A DNA stretch of 62,452 bases, filler included, from Sphacelaria rigidula (Eukaryota): assembly GCA_964200075.2 (NCBI GenBank). It is 3 parts of 3 records of this genome, joined end to end, with 100 filler letters (N's around TTAATTAATTAA, not from the genome) between each part and the next. Parts side by side here need not be neighbours in the genome. Positions count along the whole stretch, not along the records: positions 41,725 to 62,452 come from CAXNAA020000497.1; 2 more parts are not named here. One strand, written 5' to 3'. Below are positions 51,301 through 62,452 of the stretch, in pieces (the stretch's first letter is position 1; the number at the start of each line of letters is the position of its first letter). Below the pieces are notes generated by a model. That model searched no databases, was not told the DNA's origin, and saw only the letters and a list, made by a program, of their open reading frames with translations. A program made the translations under genes and the position numbers.

Positions 51301-51695
51301 CTCTCAATCTCACGAAAACATTTTGTTTACAGTACCTGGTATTGGACTCTGGATAAAGCGGTGCCCTTTCATCGGTGTCTTTCGACACGACCTGGTGTCG
51401 CTTTTTGGGTCATTTCTCTCCTAATGGATTGATTGATTGATTGTCGCACTTCAACTGACCTCCCCAGGGGTCACGATCCAGCCGTGGTCTTACGGTAGAC
51501 GTACCCAAGAAAAACGAAACGCCTACACCCTTGAAATACGGTTGACCCAGTACAGTGGGCAGCTTTCACCAAATACGAAGAAAATCGAGTGAGATGCCTT
51601 CCGGTTTTTGTGTTTTGTGTGCTGCTATTGCTGCTGCTGCTGTTGCCATTTTTATTTTCACATCAAGAAAACTGTTCCCAATCTCTGCAAAATAC

Positions 51696-51754
51696 CTTCA
51701 ACATCCGTCCTGGCCATCTGGTGCGGACGGATGCCCCCCGTGGACACAGGCGAA
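51696..51754 (-). CDS. Probable exon 2 of the 55222->54309 gene (SPVSTGGIRPHQMARTDVE)
   Basis: Good acceptor gtaccttttttgcgtag| and donor GAA G|gtattt; phase matches the AG|gtgag donor at 54309. No homology support. Confidence 0.4.
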
Positions 51755-52410
51755 CTACGCAAAAAAGGTACAATGCAAATCAAATGGATTCTGGATACCG
51801 TGTCCATCCATCGGTTTCTCCGACACACGACTTCGATTTTCGTGCTTTTCACCGCCTACACTCCACTACTGTTGTCTGTACTCTATCGCATGTATCTTCT
51901 CACGAAATATTTGTGTATTGTGATGCTACGATGACGACGAGGACGACGACGTCTTTTCCGAATAGTGAAATACATTCAAGTAATTTGGAGTATAGCTCTA
52001 CCCTTCATAGCAAATCACTTGGATGCATATGTCTTGACTACAGCCTGCGGGGCAACCACGGGCCCTTTCGACACGTGCGTGCGACGAGGGGGGCGGAGGG
52101 TCCTGGAGCGTTCGTGCCATTTCATCACGAGGTTTAAACGGCAAAGACAGCTATTATAGAAGCCCGAGCCACAGCATTACTCCGAAAGGGCGCTCTTGCG
52201 GCGGATAAAAAATGATCCCAACAAGATGTGTTGTCTCATGAGAAACGAAGAAAGTCGAGGTTGGCGAAAGTGTTTCACGTACCGAACACGGAAGGGGGTG
52301 TTATACCCCGTCTCATACTACTGTTGTACAGGCGAGGAGTTTGAGTTTTTGCCCCGCATGAGACATTTGCCCCCCTAACTGCGTTCGGCTGGCCTATGCG
52401 AGGAGGGGGC

Positions 52411-52668
52411 GGAGGAGGGGGGTACTAATTTGCTGTCTGCCTTGGTCGTTTGATTATTGACCACGCATCCCTTTCGAAACGGAGCATCCGTCCTACTCCT
52501 GATAAGAGATACTTCAAACGCTTGGGCGCTGGGGGGTGGGGGGGGCGGGGGGTACTCATTTGTTGCTTGCCTTAGCCGTTCGACCGTTGACCACGCATCT
52601 CTCTCGAGACGGAGCACTGTTCCTACTCCTCATAGAGGCGCGCGCGCGGGGGGGAGGGGGGGGGGGGG
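52411..52668 (-). mobile_element. Two head-to-tail LINE 3'-end fragments separated and flanked by G runs
   Basis: Reverse complements of 52421-52530 and 52552-52636 align with the LINE 3' end at 1590-1698 (AGGAGTAGGA.C.GTGCTCCGT...GATGCGTGGTCAA...AGGCAAGCAACAAATGAGTAC). Confidence 0.85.
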
Positions 52669-54308
52669 ACTGTTCGAAATTACATGGGCGACACATACAG
52701 ACGTAGTGCATGGTGATTCCGGGTTCTTGAACGTAGCTCCTATTATTGTGACCGGGTACAAAACATGTTGTTCGTGGGATTCAACGCGGGAGGGTCGGTT
52801 GGTTGTTCGTTCGCATGATCGTAACTGCGCCGAGGTGATTTCTTTCTTCTTTAGACTCAACTTTCTCGGCACAGACGATGATCATGGCTCTAATAGCTGC
52901 ATCACTGGAAAGATTTCGTCAAGATCTCTTGATAACTCCGGCTTTGCACCTCCGGTAGTCAGGGCAATCACTCGAAGACTCGAAAACAGAGTTTAGAAAA
53001 AAAGTAAAATGAGTAAATGCGACTAGTACCGCAGTGCGATAACAGTAGTGGGATGTAATAAGGAGGGAGAGCGGGGCAATAAAGACGGACAATTTCCAGT
53101 GGCCACTTCATGAGGAGGGAGAAGTCAAGTGCGCACCCTCCAAGCCCTGAAGCTGTGGGACGGCAATTGTTCGCGGCACCGGCTTTACGGTGTTATCCGT
53201 GACTAGATCATATCATGCCTGAACCGATTGAGATCGTTGGTATCAGGTTATGCACATCCCGCAAGCCACGTGGTGGCAACAGTTTGGATCAAATTTACCG
53301 AAATGAGACTGGGGGCGCGCGGCAACTTCTTCGGAGGGCACTTCACGCACTGGTTCGTAAGCTGTTCAAGATGCTGGTTATGTATGCAGGGAGGGCGCCC
53401 AGTCAGTGCTGACTATAACCAGCATTGACGCACTTACGCCGTGCTTCTTGTGGGGGGAAACGGTAAGTTGTAGCGATACCGCACGGTACGGTACGCTACT
53501 GCACGAGTCCTCTCTATATCGTGTTGTTGAATAGGCGGAGCGTACGATCAGGTATTGGGTGCGTTGGAAAGCCCTAATTGACTTGAACGGCATGCGATTG
53601 GGGGCGCGTGAGGAGCGCTACGGAACTCATACTGCGTCGGGCAACATACTGAGCATTCAAGGTTGCACGCGATGCACGAACACAACTCATTTCCGCTCTG
53701 CACATATGTAGGACATCGCCTGTCGCACACACTCTAAAACCCTGTCCTTCGTGGCGGTGCATTTCACGATGGTTGTATGGTTCTCTGCAGTATCAGCTGA
53801 GAGGCGGGCCAATTAAATGAAGACATAATGTATATGAATCAGAAGCCTCGCGAGAGGGTGACATGAGTAAACGATGACTAGGAAGGGCATCTAGTCCGCT
53901 GCATAGGGCACACCATGAATGAAGCCTGTGCACGCCGAGCACAACAGCGATGAATAAATCGCGACTTGCTCGATCTGTCGCAGGCAGGCAGGCCGGCGGA
54001 GCAGTGTCGGCGGCACATTCGGTGCGGCTTGTTTGAAACGGAAAAAAAAAAACGAAGCGAACACGCCCTGTCAACGATACAAGGCTCCTGTACTGCACAT
54101 CGGGTTCCTGTTTTATCTTGAAAAGGGAGACAGCCATCGCGATAATGCATTTCCGAAAAAATAAACATCAACTCGAAAACACTTTTATTATAGGGGACGA
54201 GGAGTAGTGACCTAGTAGTGACCTCAAAAACCAGATGAAAGGCGTTGGGACGGTCAAAGATGGAATCACGGTCAGTACAACATGCCGTAGTGATACATGC
54301 ACACTCAC

Positions 54309-55222
54309 CTTGCATTCAAGCCTCCATCACCCGCCCAGATATCGTCGTAAACATACGCCGAGGCGAGGCTGCTTAAAGCGTGCATCCCATGCCAATAATC
54401 AGGTACCCGCGCCGCCCCATAAACGTCCTCAGGTAAAGACACCTGTTCCCGAGGCCTTGAAGAGCTCCGTTCTCGCCTAAGCCACGTCCGGCCCAAACTC
54501 AACTCCCGCGAATTATCACTAATACTCCCTTCCCCCAGGTATCCCGTCATGAGACCCTCAGAAAAACCCTGATGCCCGCCGCCACCGCGGTGGACGTCAC
54601 CGCATACACTCGCCACAGACATGTCCGAGAGATGCCTCTGTCGATCTTCTGATGAAGCCCTACCAAGATTATTGTTGTGACCAGTTATGGTTGTTGTTGC
54701 ACCGCCTTGGAATGATGCTACTTCGTGCCCCTCGGGACCAAAACCGGTCCGCTCTAAAGACGCACCTTCCGCGGGGCGGGAATCGCTGCCACCGTACCGT
54801 GGTTCGGACGTGGTGTAGCTGACAGGAAAACCACTGATATCGGTACGGTCCATCTGCTGATCTACACTGCCCCCGACGTGACCAACACCTGCTGAGGTTG
54901 TTGTTGCTGCTGCTGTTGCTGCTGTTAGTGCTGCTGCTGCTGCTGCCGAAATGCTACTGCTTGCCCGGGTAGATGCCTCTGCAGTAAGGTTTCCGGCCAC
55001 GTCTCCCTCGATTAGTTGTGCGGAATTTTCGTGTCGGGTAGAGAGAGGGATCGGAAGAGGTGGCCAGCTGGCAAACTGGTAAAAAGATTGTTCGTTCTCT
55101 TCTTCCACATGCGGTGGTGAAGCAGACGCCGTGGCGGTGGCCGCCGGAGAGGTCTCGGAGTGCCCCGGGGGTGACGATGGCTGCGGTGGCTGCGGCCCTG
55201 TGCTAGAATTTGCCCTAGTCAT
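54309..55222 (-). CDS. Large coding exon (likely first) of an uncharacterised, mostly disordered Ser/Ala/Gly-rich protein
   Basis: 305-codon ORF with polyAla/Thr tracts, ending exactly at a consensus donor (AAT GCA AG|gtgag), with an in-frame stop upstream. No recognisable domain. Confidence 0.7.
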
Positions 55223-56342
55223 AGTCGAGGTTATGTGGAAAGTCGGGCACCTTTCAGTGGTGCCTGACTGGTTGACCCTCCCAAGGGAAGCGAAGCGCTA
55301 CATGTACTGTAGTGTGAGCTGACTGTAGTACACTGTCTGTACAATGTACAACAGTGATGCAAGTGCTGCAGTCGAGAGCGCTTCCTTTTGCTTTTTTTCT
55401 GTCTTACGCCTTGCCCCAGTTAATGCTTGCTGCTGATGTGGTGCTCACAAAAGGTGCACTGTCATGGCAGGTTCAGATATCGTGTGGCGTGTCACTTTGG
55501 GATCCAGCGTGCTCCTTCACGTACACTTAAAGTCTCGAATAAACAAGCCCCAGCCTGCCGTGCATGCACATGCGTTTTTTTATTCCTTACAGTTTCGTCA
55601 CCTTTGAGTAGCAAAATTTGGTCCGACCCGTTTGTTGGCTCGTCTATGTAGGGTACATTTAGATTTCGACCTCTGACTGCCGACCGGGGGTTTCCGGGGG
55701 TTTCCGTCTACGGTTACTTGAATGATTGATATTTTTCCCGCCTTGATACGCCCACCATTTCGATGGGCACAATAATCCACCTGAAAAGGAAGTTACATGC
55801 ATAGGTGCCTATCTGCGGGTGCTCGAAGGTTTTACAATGATGGAAAATAGCAAGGTCATTAATAGCCTGTGACCACGGAAGCCATCCGCATGAGGTGCCC
55901 AGTATGAATCTACCGCGCAGATATCGGAACGGTTTTTATTGTGAAGACAACAACAGCAGCAGCAGCATTAATCTCAACTACTGCCGTGATTCGAAGAAGC
56001 ACAGCACAACTTCAGCACCGTAGTATATCTATCGTCTTCCGGGAAATTTTAGGCCGTACTCCCGTCTCAATGGCTTTGGTGCCTTCACAATTGGGAACAA
56101 ACGCCCCCACACGCTAATATTCTCTCAGCATTATTTTTTATTTTTCATGTTTGTAGTCATCACTGATGAGTGTCCGTTGGTCATTTACGACAACTGTTCC
56201 GAAATTATGCCACCTGCTGCCTGGGTGCGCGCATCTACACAGAACAAGTACGGTGTGGAATGAGTTCCAAAGTAGCTACAAGTATAGGTTGTAGGTTGTT
56301 GTAGGACAAGCGTTTCGTATAATCAAGAGTTGAGCAGCAGCT

Positions 56343-59300
56343 ATGGTTACTATTTTTGGTGAATCTGACCACGAAGAGGAGGGTGCCAGGAGCTACGAAC
56401 AAAATCAACGAAGGGTCGAGGACAAGCTCCGGCGTCTCAACCTCAAGTATCACTGGCACCGTTACCACCCCATCTCTCTCGAAAGCCGTCAGCTGCCGGC
56501 ATCAGCGCGTAAAGAAACGGTCGACGAAGAAAAGTGCTCGCCACCGCCGCTGGCATGGGTAAAGGCGCATGTGACTTCGGTCACAGACAGGTGAATGTCA
56601 GCACGGGAAAATGTTGTCGCTTTGGTGCAACCTTCGATTTGAACCTGAATCCTTTCTAATGCACTCGTAACGTTCAACCCTGCGTTACTTACCCCTACAC
56701 GTACTGTAGCCCTCGTCGATCCTTGAATAGTCTCCGAACCAACGCACGCTTATTGGTCACCATCACGTTTCGTCATCTGTTGCCTTGTTCTTCAGATCAT
56801 CGCGGCGGAAAAGGCAATACCGTCGTGATGATGGAGTAGACGCTGCTCCTCTGGCGGGTCTTAGCGTCAACTTGGAGAGTAGATCTGATCATCTCAGAGG
56901 AGGCGACGGAATTGCGGGTGATGAGCAGAATGGGGCTGCTGCTGATGCTTCCCCTCGTGATACGCCGCTAGCAATGTTAGAGCAGGACCGCGGCAGTGCT
57001 GATTGCAGTGCGTTGCCACCTGCCAGACGCCTTTTTGTGCAGCTAGACGGAGACTCGGGCCCACACAGCCATCTGCGACAGCAACAGCTGCCTGCGGGCA
57101 ACGGCAGCACGCATGTCATCGCCGGAGGTGATGCCGTCCGAGACAGAAGCAGCCACAGCAATAGGTTGGCAGGCGATCGCAGCAAGGACAACACTGATGT
57201 TGCATCCTCCATCCATCGATCATCGCCACTGCCGCAGCAGGTTTGTACTAGTGCGATTCGTAAATCCACCTCCACAGGTCCTGGAGGAGTCGATTGCGGC
57301 GACCGTCTGATGTCCTCCAACATGGTTGGATCTCCCAATCTAGACGGTGACACAGCCAACTGCGGTGAGATTTCCGCCAATGATGATGAGCGTTCACCGG
57401 CGGCGGCGGCGGCGGCAGCTTCTCACGGCAGCATCTATGGTCAAGAAGATATTGAAGATAGTACATCAAAGGATGGGAATGGTGAACTATTTTACTTCCA
57501 AGACTGCCGCGAAGACGATGAGCAGTCATCATACCACGACATTGACAATGACGTCTGTTGCTTGCCGGGGTCGATGGAACCCACCACCACGCGCACCATG
57601 GATGTTCCCATGGTAGGTTGCGAGCAAGAGGGGGGTGAGCGGGAATATGTCGAGAAGAACGAGAATAGAAGCATGTCCATCTACAGCAGCAAACCACGAG
57701 GCTTAAGGAGAAAGGCAATGGTTGTCGAGGACTTCGAGGATGAGCATGATGGTAACCTATTCGATACCCCGATCCATGAAGAGATGTCGCCGTGCTCTGA
57801 GGATCCCACCGTCGGTACGGCGTCAAGCTATGTCAGCGAACGCGAAGCCAGATCCCCGACAGCGGCGACCAAGACGATGATCGTATCAGCAGGCAGCAAG
57901 GTAAAACCCCTCTTCCGCATGAAGCGAGTGCTACTCGAGTCTAACGATGATGATGACAGCACTCGCAATGACGGCGAGGAGTTGACTTTGGCAGACAACA
58001 CAACTGGGCGGGGATCGCGTTGTTCCCGTGAGGTGATGATACGGCGGGGTCCCAAAAGCAGTACAGTTTTTTGTGTGTCTCCCGAAAACCAAGAAGACGT
58101 CGTGGGGGCTGATAACGGGTGTCCTCGTCCGGAGGGTGCTTCGAATCGCAAGCTGGATCGAAATCGCACCTTAGACGAAGAACGGTCATCATCCATCGAC
58201 CAGGTATCATCGCCACTGCATAGTGAACAACAGCCCCACGCGACCACTGACGAACGCGTTGCTGAAGAGAGGGCGCTGCGGATCAGCCGCGCTCGAGAAT
58301 TCCCCCGGTGGCAGATGGCATTGTGCCGCGCTGATTTTCACTCCTCCGCCGGTGAAGAAGAGGCCGACGGCAGCGGCAGCGGCAGTAGCAATACGGATGA
58401 CGATATCGGCATCCGAAAACGTGCAGTAGGTGACCTGGACGTTGAGAGTCCGAGTCTGGTGAAAGTGAAAGGGCCGTCGGTGACGAGAGTGGGCTGCGGT
58501 GATCGTGGGGACAACAAAAGTAGCGGAGACAGTCGTGCAACAGTGATGATGACGTTGACGGCGGCAGCTAGTTTGAAGGATGGACAAGCCAGCGGCGAGG
58601 AGGTGCTTCGTTCTTGCTCGGGAGGTAGTGCGGACGCTGTTGAGCAGGAAGTAGGAGCAGAGTTGATCGATACAAGGGACGAGTCAACACTGTTTAATGG
58701 TTACATAGGGGGTTTCATCGGCGATGGTGATGACAGCCAAGACGAAAGTTTTGCTCCCGAGGGGCAACAAGCGGGAACGGATTCACCGCTAGCCATGGCG
58801 ATGGCGAGCGAGGATGCAGGAGGGGGAAAGTATTCCGCTGAAGACGCAGGGCTTGATGGCGAAGACTATGATTGCGGTGATGGAGACATAGTCCGACAAT
58901 CTCTGGTCAAGGCCGAGAAGCCGCTCAGGAGCCCAAGACACCAACGGGAAGACGTCGAGGGTGTATGGGGCCAACTGTGTTCGGAGTCTGAGAACGATCA
59001 CGGAGCGATCCAAGGTGAAGTCGTGAAAAGCTTGGTCAGGCCAGCAGACAGTACATTGTCGGCTGCAGAAAGCGGAGGGCGAGATCCTAACGGCGTTGGC
59101 GGGAAGAAGGACGGAAAGACACCTCCGCGACAGCGGCGCAAGAAGGCGAGGAGAAGATTGCTGTCGGACTCTGAAGACGAGTGCACTTCCAACGATGCCA
59201 CTAAACACAAGCCCAGTGTTTCGGCAGCACTCTTGGGCGACGGGCCATATCCGCTGCACAAAAAAGCCACGAGCACCGTGGGAGGCGTTCCTGCGGAAGA

Positions 59301-61495
59301 TCAGGAGCAGCGGATTGACCGTGCTCGGGAGATACTCAGGCGGCAGATGTCGTTGTGCCGTCGCTCCGATTATTTCTCCGCGGACGAGGAACGCGACGGC
59401 GAGTATAGCAGCAGCAGCGAGCCGGTTTTTAGTCGCGGGTCTGGCAATCAACAACAACAGGTCGCACTGACACAGGACAAGAATAAACACCAAAAAGAAC
59501 AGCATAGCGGTAACGCGGGTACTGACGACTTCTCGCCCGGCGTAGGTGAAGCATCGTCGACACGGAGTGCCCTATTCTCCGAAGACGAGGAAACCGACAA
59601 TGGTGGAGTGATGAAAGCTCCCGCTGAACCCAAATTCGATATTTCTTCTCCCCGCATCTTGTCCCGCCCTACCAATGGTGTTTCGCCCCCCGATGTTTCA
59701 CCAGCAGTTGAGGACGATGGGGCCCCTCTGCCGCACGAGCAAGTCACCCGCGACGTGGAGCGTGTTGCTGCAGAACTTCAGGAGGAGCGGATTAACCGGG
59801 CTCGCGAGATGCTCACGCTGCAGATGTCATTGTCCCAACGTTCCGATTCTTTCTCCGCGGACAAGGAACGCGATGACGAGGATAACCGCAACAGCGAGCC
59901 GAGTTTCAACCATGGGTCCGGCGGTCAGCAAGTGGCCGCACAATCACGGTACGCAAATGAAAATCAGGAGGAAGAAAACAGCGGCAACGCAACTGCTGAC
60001 GACTTCTCGACCAAAGTAGACGAAGCAGCGTCGACGCAGAGAGCCCCATCTCCTGAACAACAACAACGGTGGCCATCGCCAACGCCTGGGAGCTGCTGCG
60101 GTAGTCCCGACAGCGGCGGCAGTAGAGACTGCGAACAATCGATAGGCGGCGGTAGTGTGGGCCTTGTCGTTGACAGCACACCACATAATTATAGGGACAG
60201 TGTGACCGACCGCGATTCCATAATCTTCGCCGTGGAGTCGGAAACGCTGACACGAATGACCGCCGATGCCCCCGATGGTACAAGAACGATAGAGTCTGCG
60301 ACTAAATCGGGGGCGACGACGACGGCGGAGGCGGAGGCAAGACGGGAAGGACCCGAGCAGCCGCGGCAGCGCATGGTCATGGATTTTGGCAGTGACGGTG
60401 AGGATGATAGCGATGGTAGCAATGCATCCTTGCCCGTTGGATCACCAGAGGGGCGGCCACTTAATCACGCTGCCGGAGAGACGCAGCGGTGGGGGGGCGA
60501 GCCGGCTGGCCGTAACGATAATGGAAAGGGCGGGGATGTGGATGACGACCAGGTGCTTCTTCCGATGTTTGGTCGCGAGACGGCGGCATGCAATCAGGAT
60601 GAGGCAAGCGTCCATCGTGATTCTGAGAGTGTAAATGACGGCCCCAGCAACGAAGACGCGGCCGCGACCACAGTAGGTACCGATGACGGCTTCGGGGATG
60701 ATTTGGTGGACACAGATGACTCCGATCACCTTGTGCGTAGGAAGATCAAGAAGGGAAGAGTCGGACGCCGACTTGTGCTCGGTTCTGCCACGAGGGCTGC
60801 GCGCCGTGTCCTCGATTCGTCGTCAGAAGATGACGGCGAGGTTGACTATAGTGATGATGATGGTGGTGGTGATGCCGACGGCAGCGATGATCATGACTCC
60901 CGCGGCTCCCGCCGGCCGACGAAGTATGTAGATAGGTGAATAGTGAGGAAATGTTGAGTGTGTGGAGAGTGTGTTACTGTACTGCTGTCGATGACCATGT
61001 GCAGGTGTGTTTCTGGAGTTCTATATGCCGAAACTATGAGACGATAATGCGTGCTTGAGCATCCCTTGTGTTTTTTTTTTGAGTCTAAGGCTAACCTCAA
61101 CCTCAAGCCAGACGGAGAGCCCTCCCTCTGCCGAGTGGATACAGCATAGGGGGGGCGCCACAGGTACAAGAGTGTGCGCTGTAAGAGCTTACAGTTGGAG
61201 TCACAAGGCGTGCTGCGAACCCTTGGCACTGTGATCCCCGTTGAAGATCCGAATGCGATGGTCCACACTGATATTGGAGTAGATTTCAACCACGGACTCG
61301 CGTTGCCGGGTTTTTCAAGATTTACGTCGTCTCGCTTCATTTTGTATTGTATTGTAGTGGATGGTATTATATTGCAGCCACGCATTGTTTTTCCTTCAAC
61401 ATTGGGGTTTCTTTGCTCTCTTCACGTCAAATAACTATTTGCTTTTTGCGTAGGATTTTTTGCTTTCCACACCTGTTTTTTTGCTCGCGCCCGCT

Positions 61496-61533
<38 letters not shown>

Positions 61534-62312
61534 CACCCACCCTCGACAACGCCACGAATGCCAGNNNNNNNNNNTTTTTTTCTTCCCCTCAAATTAATTT
61601 TTTTTTTTTTTGTTGGGTTTTTTTCTTTTCCCCCCTTTTTTTTTGCCCCCGCCCCCTCCCCCCCCCCCCCCCCCCCTTTTGCCACACCAAGGATCGTCGA
61701 TGATGACGAAGGAAGCAGCAACTTCGGTGGCAGCAGCAGCAGCAGCAACAACAACAGCAACAACAGTAGCTCCGAATCCATGGAAGATGACAAAATCGCC
61801 ATCACCGACGGCGCCGCCAGCAGTGAAGAAGGCGACTCTGACGGCAAGTGGTCCACGGATATTGTCAAGAAATCCCAGCCGAGCAGTCGCGCCGGCCGCC
61901 ACCGCGGGACGTCACAGCGAATAGCAGAAGACGACGAAGCGGGATCATCAGGCAACGATCGCGGGACAGCTAAACCCGCCGCTTTCAAGTCGCCGCCACC
62001 ACCGCGGGCACGACGCCACGGCTGTACCGGCGGAGGCGTCGGCAGCGACAACACCAACAGCAGTAGCAGCAGCAACGCCGGCGACAGACACAGGTGGGGC
62101 GGCGGCGGCGGTAAGGCTTTCCGCGATGCTGAAACGCCGACTGCAGGCAACACTGCTACTACACCGCCTGTCAAACGGCGGCCCACCACGGGGAAACCCC
62201 GCCAGGTTGCAAAAGATGGAGGAGGGGCAGGAGGGTCGAGCTCCGTCCGGAAGTCGACCGTCTCGAATCCCGACGGCCTTTGCGGACCTGCCTTCTTCAA
62301 GGCTAGGGACAG
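56343..62312 (+). CDS. Very large acidic intrinsically disordered protein, >1669 aa, 3'-partial, possibly GCNA/ACRC (SprT-like); join(56343..56590,56796..60935,61692..62312)
   Basis: All junctions are phase 2 and consistent: GAC AG|gtgaat...cttcag|A TCA; GAT AG|gtgaat...ag|G ATC; GAC AG|gtatgt. Exon 2 is 4140 nt open and D/E/S-rich with basic NLS-like patches. The family call is inferred from architecture and the last residues (CGPAFFKARDR) only. Confidence 0.85.
61565..61574. other. 10-N gap followed by a low-quality duplicate of the preceding intron
   Basis: 61575-61676 is a homopolymer-smeared copy of about 61410-61530. Confidence 0.75.
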
Positions 62313-62452
62313 GTATGTGCGACTTTGACAAAGAGGTGGAGGGGGGGGAGAGGATGGGGGGGGGGGGGGGGGGGGGGGGTTTTTTTCCATTGGTTTGTTG
62401 GGTGAAGTAAAGGGGGGGTTGGGGCTGTTTAACCCTCTGGGGGCAGGCCCTC

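Noticed and set aside
48654..53000. Further minus-strand exon candidates (about 49108->48922, 50219->50064, 52979->52880) for the 55222 gene
   Set aside because: Weak acceptors, phase mismatch or early stops; no homology support.
56150..56210. CTGATGAG...CGAAA hammerhead-ribozyme-like core (also CTGATGA...GAAAC at 24970)
   Set aside because: Stems I-III cannot be paired. The 24970 instance is the MYB intron acceptor on the opposite strand.
61410..61690. Apparent tandem duplication and polyPro/polyGly ORFs around the 10-N gap
   Set aside because: The second copy is a homopolymer-smeared read of the first next to a long C run; an assembly artefact.

Overview
Eukaryotic, intron-rich and repeat-rich nuclear DNA, most likely from a brown alga (Phaeophyceae). 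That assignment is inferred from multi-kb GT-AG introns, frequent poly-G/C and (CA)n tracts and the LINE family present. The window is three contigs joined by artificial 100-nt spacers (N44-TTAATTAATTAA-N44 at 20769-20868 and 41625-41724), with a further 10-N gap at 61565. Four spliced genes can be rebuilt by hand with phase-consistent splice sites. (1) A + strand alpha2delta/CACHD1-like dCache-vWA gene (11260-20224) whose vWA core exons cannot be found and whose 3' end is cut by a gap. (2) A complete 6-exon - strand R1R2R3 (3R) MYB transcription factor (38051->22307, 853 aa). (3) A - strand low-complexity gene of unknown function (55222->54309, probable exon 2 at 51754->51696). (4) A divergent + strand gene for a very large acidic disordered protein (56343->62312, continuing past the window), possibly GCNA/SprT-like, carrying a three-copy helical motif. 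The rest is transposon debris: a decayed LINE RT copy and poly(C)-associated LINE 3' ends, tRNA-headed SINE-like elements, two hAT-like MITEs, a 98-bp TTAA (piggyBac-type) MITE seen only as dimers, microsatellites and a telomere-variant (TTAGCG)22 array. Most ORFs in the supplied track are spurious. No CRISPR array, rRNA or intact tRNA gene was seen.
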